Assembly: GCA_964472505.1 (NCBI GenBank)
Contig: CAYYQW010000003.1
Coordinates: 4,249 to 68,248 of the forward strand
Length of the DNA stretch: 64,000 nucleotides
DNA from: an uncultured Bacteroidaceae bacterium
GTDB taxonomy: Bacteria; Bacteroidota; Bacteroidia; Bacteroidales; JAADGE01
Direction of reading: 5' to 3'
Shown here: piece by piece, positions 9,243 to 17,157 of the stretch
How the letters are laid out: each line of letters begins with the position of its first letter
How positions within the stretch are numbered: position 1 is the first letter of the stretch
Translations under genes and position numbers: made by a program
The notes under the pieces: generated by a model
The model's database searches: none
Seen by the model: the letters and a program-made list of their open reading frames with translations, nothing else
What the model was told of the DNA's origin: nothing

Positions 9243-9959
9243 TTATAGTGTGATTGTTAAAACCAAAAAAACATCGCCGGCATCCGGATTCAGTATAAAA
9301 GCCGTGCTTATTGGCAATTTGAATTTTTCGGTAATTTCGATATCTTTTTTGGCCGAAATGCCGGTATTAACAAACGTGAATTGGTCGGCATATAAGCCCT
9401 CGGCAAGTGTTAATCCTGCAAAAATATTTAGTTTTGTTTTGCCGACCGAAAAATTATAAGCCGGTTCAATATAGCTTGAGAAGTTTTGTTTGCCTTCCGC
9501 ATTTAAATCGTCTCCGTAAAGTATTACACCGGCGGTTATCGACAGCGGCAGGTTTGGAATGTCGGATACATGGATTACGGCTTCCAATGTGTGAGCAGTT
9601 GCTGCTTGGTTCCAATTGAAATAATCGTTGATATAGCCTCCGGCTTCTACCGGGATGTAATAATCATAAAGCGTAAAAGTGAAAGCGCCTTTTGTGTAGC
9701 TCATGTACAAATCCACTTCCTGAAAAGGCTCCGGAGCAATAGTATAAGAGCCCCAAGCACCAAAAGTGAATCCTTTTTTTGAAATTTCTGCATAAGGTTG
9801 CAAGGCCGGAGTTGAGCTTAACGGTATGCCCCGCCAAATGTAGCGGCTTGTCAAATCCGTTCCGAGATTAAATTCGGCGGATTTGCTTTCATCCTGCGCT
9901 TGAAGCGGAAAAACAAGTATGAGTAAAAAAATACCGAGAAACCTAAGCTTTGTTTTCAT
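9243..9959 (-). CDS. outer-membrane beta-barrel protein (TorF-like putative porin)
   Basis: 238 aa. Signal peptide MKTKLRFLGIFLLILVFPLQAQ, SRYIWRG motif, alternating beta-strand pattern, and an aromatic-rich C-terminal region. Confidence 0.45.
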   Translation of the reverse strand: MKTKLRFLGIFLLILVFPLQAQDESKSAEFNLGTDLTSRYIWRGIPLSSTPALQPYAEISKKGFTFGAWGSYTIAPEPFQEVDLYMSYTKGAFTFTLYDYYIPVEAGGYINDYFNWNQAATAHTLEAVIHVSDIPNLPLSITAGVILYGDDLNAEGKQNFSSYIEPAYNFSVGKTKLNIFAGLTLAEGLYADQFTFVNTGISAKKDIEITEKFKLPISTAFILNPDAGDVFLVLTITL

Positions 9960-10049
9960 ATCGTAAAGTAGAATTAAAGTTATAAAAAAAGCTCCGACTT
10001 TAACTGTTCATGAAAAAAGCCGGAGCCTGAAAAATTGCGGACAAATGTA

Positions 10050-11465
10050 TTATTTTTTAGGCATGGTATGTGCCGGATGTCCGTAAAATATTTCGGCGGC
10101 TTCCATAATGGTTTCCGAAAGGGTAGGGTGCGGATGTACCGTGAGAGCTACATCTTCTGCAGTAGCGGCCATTTCTATGGCCAGCGCCAATTCGGAAATT
10201 ATATCGCCGGCATTTTTTCCGACAATTCCGGCTCCGAGAATGCGCTCGGTTTTCGGGTCGATTAATAATTTTGTAAATCCGCGTTTCTCATTCATGGCAA
10301 CCGCACGCCCGGAGGCTGCCCAAGGGAATTTGACAACTTTGTATTCAATGTCATTATTGTTAGCTTCGGTTTCTGTCAGTCCGGCGGTAGCTATTTCGGG
10401 GCTTGTGTATGCCACTGCGGGAATGGTTTTGGCATCGGCAAAGGCTTTCTTGCCGGAAATTACTTCAGCGGCAACGCGGCCTTCGTAAGAAGCTTTGTGC
10501 GCCAATAAAGGCCCGCCGGATATATCGCCTATGGCAAATATATGTTCATCGTTGGTGCGTTGCTGCTTGTCGATTTTTATGTAGCCTTTTTCATCGGTTT
10601 CTACTTTTGTGTTTTCCAAACCTAAGTTCTTGCTGTTAGGTTTTTGTCCTACCGAAACTAATATTTTGTCATAAGTACGTTCAAAACTGTCGCCTTTTTT
10701 ATTTTCAAAACTCACCGTTACTTTGTCGCCTTTTTTATCAATTTTGGTGGTTTTGGTTCCGGTAAATGTCTCTTTAAAAGTCTCTTTATTCGTTTGTTTA
10801 AATTCTCGCACCAAATCTTTGTCGGTGCCCGGCATAAAGTCATCGGTAAGTTCCGTAATGCTGACCTCGCTGCCGAGTCCGGCATAGATGGTGGCCGTTT
10901 CCAAACCAATGTATCCGCCGCCTATTACCAATAATCGTTTAGGAATTTCTTTCAGCTCCAAAGCTTGTTCGGAGCCGATGATTAGTTTTCCGTCCGGTTC
11001 CAAATCCGGCAGTACAACCGGTGAAACGCCGGTGGCTATTATGGCATTTTTAAATTGTATTTTTTCTTTTTCGTCTTTGCCTTTGTCTATTTCCAGGGTA
11101 TCGGAATTAATGAATTGGGCATAGCCTTTTATGTAGTTGATTTTTCTGGCTTTTACCAATTGTCCGAGGCCTCCGGTCAGGGTTTTCACCACATCGTTTT
11201 TCCAAGCAGCCACCTGCTCAATGTCTATTTTGGGCTCATCAAAAGTGATACCCATTTCATCAGCTGCAAGGGCTTCTTTTTTTACTTTTACCAAATGCAA
11301 AAGAGCTTTGGTCGGGATGCAACCCTTGTAAAGGCAAACACCTCCGGGATTTGCATTCGGGTCAATTAATGTGACTTTCTGTCCGAGATCGGCTGCCATA
11401 AAAGCCGCGCGATATCCGCCCGGCCCGGCGCCTATAATTACGGTATCGTGTTGTATTTTGTTCAT
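10050..11465 (-). CDS. lpdA: dihydrolipoyl dehydrogenase (E3)
   Basis: FAD motif GAGPGGY, redox disulfide GGVCLYKGCIPTK, NAD motif VIGGGYIGLE, C-terminal HPHPTLSE. The ORF track starts at 11504. MNKIQHDTVIIGAGPGGY (ATG 11465) is the family-typical start. Confidence 0.9.
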   Translation of the reverse strand: MNKIQHDTVIIGAGPGGYRAAFMAADLGQKVTLIDPNANPGGVCLYKGCIPTKALLHLVKVKKEALAADEMGITFDEPKIDIEQVAAWKNDVVKTLTGGLGQLVKARKINYIKGYAQFINSDTLEIDKGKDEKEKIQFKNAIIATGVSPVVLPDLEPDGKLIIGSEQALELKEIPKRLLVIGGGYIGLETATIYAGLGSEVSITELTDDFMPGTDKDLVREFKQTNKETFKETFTGTKTTKIDKKGDKVTVSFENKKGDSFERTYDKILVSVGQKPNSKNLGLENTKVETDEKGYIKIDKQQRTNDEHIFAIGDISGGPLLAHKASYEGRVAAEVISGKKAFADAKTIPAVAYTSPEIATAGLTETEANNNDIEYKVVKFPWAASGRAVAMNEKRGFTKLLIDPKTERILGAGIVGKNAGDIISELALAIEMAATAEDVALTVHPHPTLSETIMEAAEIFYGHPAHTMPKK

Positions 11466-11520
11466 AATTAAATGGTTGAATGGTTTTTTGTAAAATTGCT
11501 GCATTGCTTACAAGCAGCAG

Positions 11521-11560
11521 TCTTAAGTCTTATATCTTAATACTTAAGTCTTATATCTAA
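11521..11560. repeat. heptamer-phased repeat in the aceF-lpdA spacer
   Basis: The sequence reads tcttaag tcttata tcttaat acttaag tcttata tctaaat. The 16-mer cttaagtcttatatct occurs twice (11522-11537 and 11543-11558). The 18-mer cttatatcttaatactta is shared with the aceE-aceF spacer. Confidence 0.7.
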
Positions 11561-11561
11561 A

Positions 11562-12845
11562 TCATTGTAAGAGTGTAAACGGATCAGCCAGTGAATTGCA
11601 AAGCCAACGCAGGAATCGTGCGCCTTCGGCACCGTCAATTACGCGGTGATCATAAGAAAGTGATAAAGGCATGATTAAACGTTTTTGAAATTCTCCGTCT
11701 TTATACACTTGCTTGTATTGCGACTCAGAAACGCCGAGAATGGCTACTTGCGGAGCATAAACAATGGGCGTGAAGCCGGTTCCGCCAATGCCGCCGAGAT
11801 TGGAAATGGTGAAATTTCCGCCTTGCATTTCATCCAAGCCTAATTTTTTATCTCTTGCTTTTTGTGCCATTTCGCCCAATTCTTTGGATAAATCAAGCAA
11901 TGATTTGCGTTCCGAATTTTTAATAACCGGAACCAGTAAACCTCTTTCAGTATCTACGGCTACACCAATGTTATAGTAGTATTTTTGTATGATTTCCTGA
12001 TTTTCGGTATCAATGCTTGCATTGAATTGCGGGAAGCGCTGCAGTGCAAATGTAGATACTTTCAGAAGCAATGCGGTAACGGTTAGTTTTCCGCCCTGCT
12101 TCTCATAAGCGGCTTTGTGTTTTTGTCGGAAAGTCTCTAAGTCGGTAATGTCAGCTTCATCAAATTGAGTAACATGCGGTATGCTCGTCCATGCTTGTTG
12201 CATGCTTTCTGCTGTTACGCGTCGAATGTTATTCATCGGTACCCGGCTGATGTTTCCCCATTTTGAGAAATCAGGCAGATCGGTTTTTGCTTTTTGTGGT
12301 TTTTCGGGAGCAGCATTTTCGCTTTGCTCGCCGGCTTCAAGTTTTTCAATGTCTTCTTTTAAAATTCGTCCGCCCGGGCCGCTTCCTTGTACTTTAAGCA
12401 AGTCGATATCTTTTTCGCGCGCCAGTCTTCTTACCGAAGGAGCTGCCGGCACATCACTCATATCTTGCCGTTCAGTTATTTCAGATTCTTGTTTTTTTAC
12501 TTTCTCCTCTGAAGGGGCTTCTGCTTGTTTCTGTTCTTCCTGTTTCTCTTCTTTTGGCTTTTCTGCTTTTGTCTCCTCCTCTTGTTCTGCCTTATCTTCT
12601 TGTTCTTCTTCAAGTTCAACCATCGCAAAAGTTTGTCCGACTTTTACTTCGTCGCCTTCTTTTACCGATATTTCTGCAATAGTACCTTTATATAATGAAG
12701 GGATGTCGGCCGTAGCTTTGTCGGTTTCGAGTTCTATTACGGCTTGATCTTCCTCTACTTTATCACCGGCCGAAAGTAAAACAGCCGCTACTATCCCGGT
12801 TTCAACATTTTCGGCTATTTCGGGTATTTTTAGTTCTTTTTTCAT
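11562..12845 (-). CDS. aceF: dihydrolipoamide acetyltransferase (E2), single lipoyl domain
   Basis: Lipoyl-Lys motif [16 protein letters not shown]-rich linker, peripheral subunit-binding domain [14 protein letters not shown], catalytic [15 protein letters not shown]. Confidence 0.9.
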   Translation of the reverse strand: MKKELKIPEIAENVETGIVAAVLLSAGDKVEEDQAVIELETDKATADIPSLYKGTIAEISVKEGDEVKVGQTFAMVELEEEQEDKAEQEEETKAEKPKEEKQEEQKQAEAPSEEKVKKQESEITERQDMSDVPAAPSVRRLAREKDIDLLKVQGSGPGGRILKEDIEKLEAGEQSENAAPEKPQKAKTDLPDFSKWGNISRVPMNNIRRVTAESMQQAWTSIPHVTQFDEADITDLETFRQKHKAAYEKQGGKLTVTALLLKVSTFALQRFPQFNASIDTENQEIIQKYYYNIGVAVDTERGLLVPVIKNSERKSLLDLSKELGEMAQKARDKKLGLDEMQGGNFTISNLGGIGGTGFTPIVYAPQVAILGVSESQYKQVYKDGEFQKRLIMPLSLSYDHRVIDGAEGARFLRWLCNSLADPFTLLQ

Positions 12846-12889
12846 TGTTCTGTTCTTTTCTCAATTATTATTTTTATGTAGATAGATGT

Positions 12890-12939
12890 TCTTATATCTT
12901 AATACTTATATCTTAATACTTACATCTTACATCTTATAT
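12890..12939. repeat. seven tandem heptamers CTTAnAT/A overlapping the aceE stop codon
   Basis: The sequence reads cttatat cttaata cttatat cttaata cttacat cttacat cttatat. The aceE stop (tta on the plus strand, 12934-12936) lies inside the last unit. Confidence 0.7.
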
Positions 12940-15603
12940 TTTATCACAACTCGGACATTTTTTATCCGGATTTATATTCAGATTCTTTTGAGCTTTGTTG
13001 AGTAATTTTTTATCGATACTTCCTTTTTTATAAAGTTCCGATAATGTTGCCCAAGCTATATGATTAGCGTTTACTTCAAAATATTCCCTGAGCTCCGGCC
13101 TGTCTTCACTTAAGCCAAAGCCGTCGGTGCCGAGCGCCTTAAATGTGCCGGGGAAAAAGTCGGACACAGTCAGAGGCAACGCTTTCATATAATCGGTTGC
13201 TGCTATATATAATGAGTCATTATCATCGCCTACACTTTCTTCTAAAAATGACTTTTTATATTTGTCCGGATTCAGTCGATTGGCTCTTTCTGTATGCATG
13301 GCGTTGTCGTACAGTTGCTTGTAGCCGGTAACACTCCAAATGTCGGATGAAATTTTGTAATCTTTTTTCAAAATTTCGGCTGCTTTTATTACTTCATTCA
13401 TAATGGCGCCGCTTCCCAAAAGATTAACTTTTAGTTTGTTTTCTTTAGCGGATTTAAATTTATACATACCTTTCAGAATGGCATCTTCTATACCGTCTTG
13501 TTGCGGTATTTCGGGCATCAGGTATTTTTCATTCATGATGGTTATGTAGTACATCAGGTCTTCACCGTTTTTGTACATGCGTTGCATACCGTTTTTCATA
13601 ATAACGGCCAATTCATAAGCAAAAGCCGGGTCATAAGCTTTCAGGCTCGGAACGGGAAGCGCCAGAATGTGGCTTTGACCGTCTTGGTGTTGAAGGCCTT
13701 CGCCTGCAAGGGTTGTACGGCCTGCTGTTCCGCCGAGCATGAAGCCTTTGGCGCGAGCATCTGCTGCTGCCCATACAAAATCGCCGATGCGTTGCATTCC
13801 GAACATGGAGTAGAAAATAAAAATAGGAATGGCTTGCACGCCATGGGTTGAATAGGAAGTTCCGGCGGCTATGAATGACGACATGGAGCCGGCTTCCGTA
13901 ATGCCTTCTTCGAGAATGGCTCCGTTTTTTGCTTCTTTGTAATAGAGCAGACTTTCTCTGTCAACCGGTTCGTAGAGTTGTCCGGTGTGGGCATAAATAC
14001 CTACTTCACGGAATAATGCATCCATACCAAATGTACGGGACTCATCCGGTACAATGGGCACAATGTGTTTTCCGATGTTTTTATCTTTCAGCATCTTACC
14101 AAGCATTTGAACGGCTGCCATAGTTGTGGCTACTTCTCTTCCGCCGGAACCTTTCAGGAAATCTTTGAATACTTTATCGTCCGGCATCTTGAATGTAGGT
14201 TTGCGCAGATTTCTTTTGGGAAGAAAGCCACCGAGTTCTTTACGACGTTTTTTTATGTATTTGATTTCGTCACTGTCTTCATCCGGCTTATAAAAAGGAG
14301 CTTCGGATATTTGTTCTTCCGGTATGGGTATGTCAAAACGTTGGCGGAAGAATTTCAGTTCCTGTTCGTTCAGTTTCTTTTGTTGATGCGTAACGTTACG
14401 GCCTTCGCCGGCTTCGCCCAGTCCGTAGCCTTTTATGGTTTGTGCTAAAATAACGGTGGGTTGGTCTTTATGTGCAACGGCGACTTTGTAAGCATTATAA
14501 ATTTTTAAAGGATCGTGGCCGCCGCGTCGCAGGTTTACCAGATCTTCATCGCTCAGGTGTGAAACCATATCAAGCAATTCTTGGCTTTTGCCAAAAAACT
14601 CTTTTCGAATATAATCACCTTCTGAGGTCGAATATTTTTGCCTTTGTCCGTCCACTACTTCGCCGAGCCGTTTTACAAGTATGCCTTTTTTATCTTTTTT
14701 CAGAAGCGGGTCCCAGCTTTCGCCCCAGAGGACTTTTATTACATTCCAACCGGCGCCTCTAAAAGCCATTTCAAGTTCTTTTACTACAGAGCCGTTGCCT
14801 CTTACCGGGCCGTCTAAGCGCTGCATGTTACAGTTGATTACAAAAATAAGATTATCCAACTTTTCGCGAGAAGCCAGTGTGAGCGCACCCATGGATTCGG
14901 GTTCGTCCATTTCTCCGTCGCCGAGAAATGCCCAAACTTTTTGGTCGGTTTTTTCCAAAAGGCCTTTGTCTTGCATATACTTATTGAAGCGTGCCTGATA
15001 AATGGCCATAATGGAGGCCAAGCCCATGGAAACGGTCGGAAATTGCCAAAAATCTTTCATCAGCCTCGGATGCGGGTAGGATGATAAACCGCCGTCTTCA
15101 GATAATTCTCGACGGAAATTTTCCAGATGTTTTTCGCTGATTCGTCCTTCGAGGAAGGCTCGAGCATAAATGCCGGGCGCTGCATGCCCTTGAAAATATA
15201 CAAGGTCTGCCTGACCGTTATCGTTTCCTCTGAAAAAGTGGTTAAACGCTACTTCGTACAAGGTAGCGGCTGATGCGAAGGTGGAAATATGCCCGCCTAT
15301 GCCGTCGGTTTTTCGATTTGCCTGAGTTACCATGGCCATGGCGTTCCAGCGAATGATGCTTTTAATCTTTCGTTCTAATTTTCGGTCGCCGGGATAGGCT
15401 TCTTCTTCGTCTGCCGAAATGGTATTAATGTAAGGATTATCATGAAGATCGCATTCAATGCCTTCATTTCGTGCGCGTTCGGTAAGTACATTTATGATTT
15501 CACGAACGCGTTCTTGGCCTTCATGTTTAATGATGTATTCAAGTGAGTCTAACCATTCTTGGTTTTCGATTTCACGCAATTGAGAATTTGTATTTTTATC
15601 CAT
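12934..15603 (-). CDS. aceE: pyruvate dehydrogenase E1 component, homodimeric type
   Basis: 889 aa, the AceE-type length. ThDP-binding motif LGDGEMDEPES. It lies upstream of aceF and lpdA on the same strand. Confidence 0.9.
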   Translation of the reverse strand: MDKNTNSQLREIENQEWLDSLEYIIKHEGQERVREIINVLTERARNEGIECDLHDNPYINTISADEEEAYPGDRKLERKIKSIIRWNAMAMVTQANRKTDGIGGHISTFASAATLYEVAFNHFFRGNDNGQADLVYFQGHAAPGIYARAFLEGRISEKHLENFRRELSEDGGLSSYPHPRLMKDFWQFPTVSMGLASIMAIYQARFNKYMQDKGLLEKTDQKVWAFLGDGEMDEPESMGALTLASREKLDNLIFVINCNMQRLDGPVRGNGSVVKELEMAFRGAGWNVIKVLWGESWDPLLKKDKKGILVKRLGEVVDGQRQKYSTSEGDYIRKEFFGKSQELLDMVSHLSDEDLVNLRRGGHDPLKIYNAYKVAVAHKDQPTVILAQTIKGYGLGEAGEGRNVTHQQKKLNEQELKFFRQRFDIPIPEEQISEAPFYKPDEDSDEIKYIKKRRKELGGFLPKRNLRKPTFKMPDDKVFKDFLKGSGGREVATTMAAVQMLGKMLKDKNIGKHIVPIVPDESRTFGMDALFREVGIYAHTGQLYEPVDRESLLYYKEAKNGAILEEGITEAGSMSSFIAAGTSYSTHGVQAIPIFIFYSMFGMQRIGDFVWAAADARAKGFMLGGTAGRTTLAGEGLQHQDGQSHILALPVPSLKAYDPAFAYELAVIMKNGMQRMYKNGEDLMYYITIMNEKYLMPEIPQQDGIEDAILKGMYKFKSAKENKLKVNLLGSGAIMNEVIKAAEILKKDYKISSDIWSVTGYKQLYDNAMHTERANRLNPDKYKKSFLEESVGDDNDSLYIAATDYMKALPLTVSDFFPGTFKALGTDGFGLSEDRPELREYFEVNANHIAWATLSELYKKGSIDKKLLNKAQKNLNINPDKKCPSCDKI

Positions 15604-15656
15604 TATGTTGTTTATTTTCAGTTTTTTAATCGTATAGATGCCGTTCTTATTTAGAG

Positions 15657-15664
15657 CAAATATA
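15657..15664 (-). promoter_or_regulatory. candidate -7 box (TATATTTG on the minus strand) for the PDH operon
   Basis: The plus strand reads caaatata, about 55 nt upstream of the aceE ATG. This matches the Bacteroidota sigma-A TAnnTTTG consensus. The upstream -33-like element is weak. Confidence 0.3.
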
Positions 15665-15822
15665 AATAAGGGGTTTTACATAAAAAAATATTTTTATCTT
15701 TTTGTCGTAAAATGATGTTTTATAATCAGTTAGTTTGGCACATTTTTGTTGATGATTCAATTTACAACAAAATATCGAAATATACAAGTAAGATTTGTAT
15801 TTTTTTATTAGATGAGTACATT

Positions 15823-15848
15823 CGGGCTAAATGTTTTTTGAGGGGCTG
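15823..15848. repeat. solo copy of the terminal-repeat arm of the 40421..40818 element
   Basis: acattcgggctaaatgttttttgaggggct compares with the reverse complement of the right arm at 40785-40813 (cacattcggctaaatattattttgaagtg). About 22 of 27 positions are identical, with one 1-nt indel. Confidence 0.4.
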
Positions 15849-15879
15849 AGATTAGTTTATTGAATATCCGCATTTACCC

Positions 15880-16024
15880 CTATTTTTGTATCCACTCAAT
15901 AAATAATGCTAAAAAAAAGATTTCACGCCAAGTCGCTAAGACGCAAAGATATTTAATACAATTACTTAGCGGATTTGCGTGCAAATAAAATTCACCATGC
16001 TTTTTTGAGTGGATACCTATTTTT
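15880..16024. mobile_element. MITE-like palindromic element (129 bp) with an 8-bp target-site duplication
   Basis: Perfect 12-nt terminal inverted repeats GTATCCACTCAA (15888-15899) and TTGAGTGGATAC (16005-16016). They are flanked directly by CTATTTTT on both sides (15880-15887 and 16017-16024). An internal imperfect palindrome is present: tttcacgccaagtcgctaag / cttagcggatttgcgtgcaaa. Confidence 0.6.
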
Positions 16025-16035
16025 ATTTCAAACTA

Positions 16036-16164
16036 TTGATTATTAGATATTTACACACACTCAACTATAGCCGACTTCGACAAGCTCAGTCTCCGAAAAT
16101 ACCGTAAGAGACTGAGCATTCCGACAAAAGCTCAATAACCGCTTATCGAAGTCGTTGATTATTA
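16036..16164. repeat. nested hairpin module bounded by a 10-nt direct repeat
   Basis: TTGATTATTA occurs at 16036-16045 and 16155-16164. The outer 9-bp helix pairs cgacttcga (16072-16080) with tcgaagtcg (16146-16154). The inner perfect 10-bp helix pairs gctcagtctc (16084-16093) with gagactgagc (16108-16117). Confidence 0.45.
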
Positions 16165-16201
16165 TCTTGGGTAGCATACGGATAATCATATTAGTTTATC
16201 A

Positions 16202-16240
16202 TTAAAATTCCCTGCGGAGAAAACACCACACGGGCGCGGG
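16202..16240 (+). repeat. 39-nt motif, copy A (copy B is inverted at 52521..52559)
   Basis: ttaaaattccctgcggagaaaacaccacacgggcgcggg compares with the reverse complement of copy B, ttaaaattccgtgcggtgaaaacaccacacgggcgcagg. 36 of 39 positions are identical. Confidence 0.6.
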
Positions 16241-16291
16241 GCTCCTTGTTTCAGATCGCAGCCAAATGTTTATTTTACGAAGTTAAAACAA

Positions 16292-16371
16292 GCTCTGAAA
16301 GAGCGTAATATATCAGCATCGGGCAACGCCCGATGTAATGTAACCGACTATGTTCGAAGCCCTGAAAGGGC
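16292..16371. repeat. three short GC hairpins, each followed by a TAAT/AAATAA tail
   Basis: gctct-gaa-agagc (16292-16304) followed by gtaata. catcgggc-aac-gcccgatg (16317-16335) followed by taatgtaa. gccct-gaa-agggc (16359-16371) followed by gaaataa. Confidence 0.5.
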
Positions 16372-16525
16372 GAAATAATTCTTTAGGCTTAGAGGCTTTT
16401 TTGAAAAAAATGAAAGCTGTATTTCTAAATTTTTTTTTGTATATTTACGCGCTTACAACTTTTTCGGAGGACTTAGCTTTCAGATTAAAAAATCGCCAAA
16501 ACCTAATAATTAAAAGCAGCAGCTT

Positions 16526-17152
16526 ATGAAAGACAACAAACAAAAAGTATCTTTAGGCTTTACGGCGCAGAAATTTGAAGCCGGTGCGCATATATGTCAA
16601 ATATACAGTGAAGAGGAAGAACGGCAGGGAGCTTTGGTAGATTATATTATAAGCGGCTTGGAAGGCGGCGAGAATACGGTTTGTTTTTCAGAAAAAGAAA
16701 CCGACGAGATTTTGGCCGGTTTTTTTGAAAAGAAAGGCATATCCTATCAAAATGCTTGTGAAAGCGGAGCTTTTTCATTGGATAAAACAGGTGATGTTTA
16801 TTTTGAAGATGGCCGTTTTGAACCTGAGCGCATGATTAATTTGCTTAGAGATTTTTATGAAGACAGTATAAAGCAAAACCGCAACGGAGCAAGAGTTATA
16901 GGAGAAATGTTGCCGGAAATAAGCAGCATACCCGGAGGCTCGCGCTTGTTGGAGTATGAATCAAAAATTAGTTTATTGCTAAGAGATTATCCCGTTACGG
17001 CCGTATGTCAGTACGATGTGCGTGAATTTGACGGAGCCGTTATTATGGATGTTCTCAAAGTACATCCGTACATGATTGTGCGCGGGTCGGTTGTTCATAA
17101 TCCGTTTTTTATAGAACCCGAGGCATACCTTTTGAGCAAAGGCATAAAATAA
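16526..17152 (+). CDS. MEDS-domain protein
   Basis: 208 aa. GAHICQIYSEEEERQGALVDYIISGLEGGENTVCF and the overall length fit the MEDS (DcmR-like sensory) domain. It ends 5 nt before the hybrid kinase gene. Confidence 0.7.
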   Translation: MKDNKQKVSLGFTAQKFEAGAHICQIYSEEEERQGALVDYIISGLEGGENTVCFSEKETDEILAGFFEKKGISYQNACESGAFSLDKTGDVYFEDGRFEPERMINLLRDFYEDSIKQNRNGARVIGEMLPEISSIPGGSRLLEYESKISLLLRDYPVTAVCQYDVREFDGAVIMDVLKVHPYMIVRGSVVHNPFFIEPEAYLLSKGIK

Positions 17153-17157
17153 TCCCC

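Noticed and set aside
12181-12747. Long plus-strand ORFs lie antisense to real genes: 12181..12747, 22611..23174, 25080..25733, 53850..54446 and 62667..63389.
   Set aside because: Each lies entirely inside a strongly supported minus-strand gene. Their composition is low-complexity or Ser/Phe/Leu-rich, and they carry no recognisable motifs. These are typical shadow ORFs.
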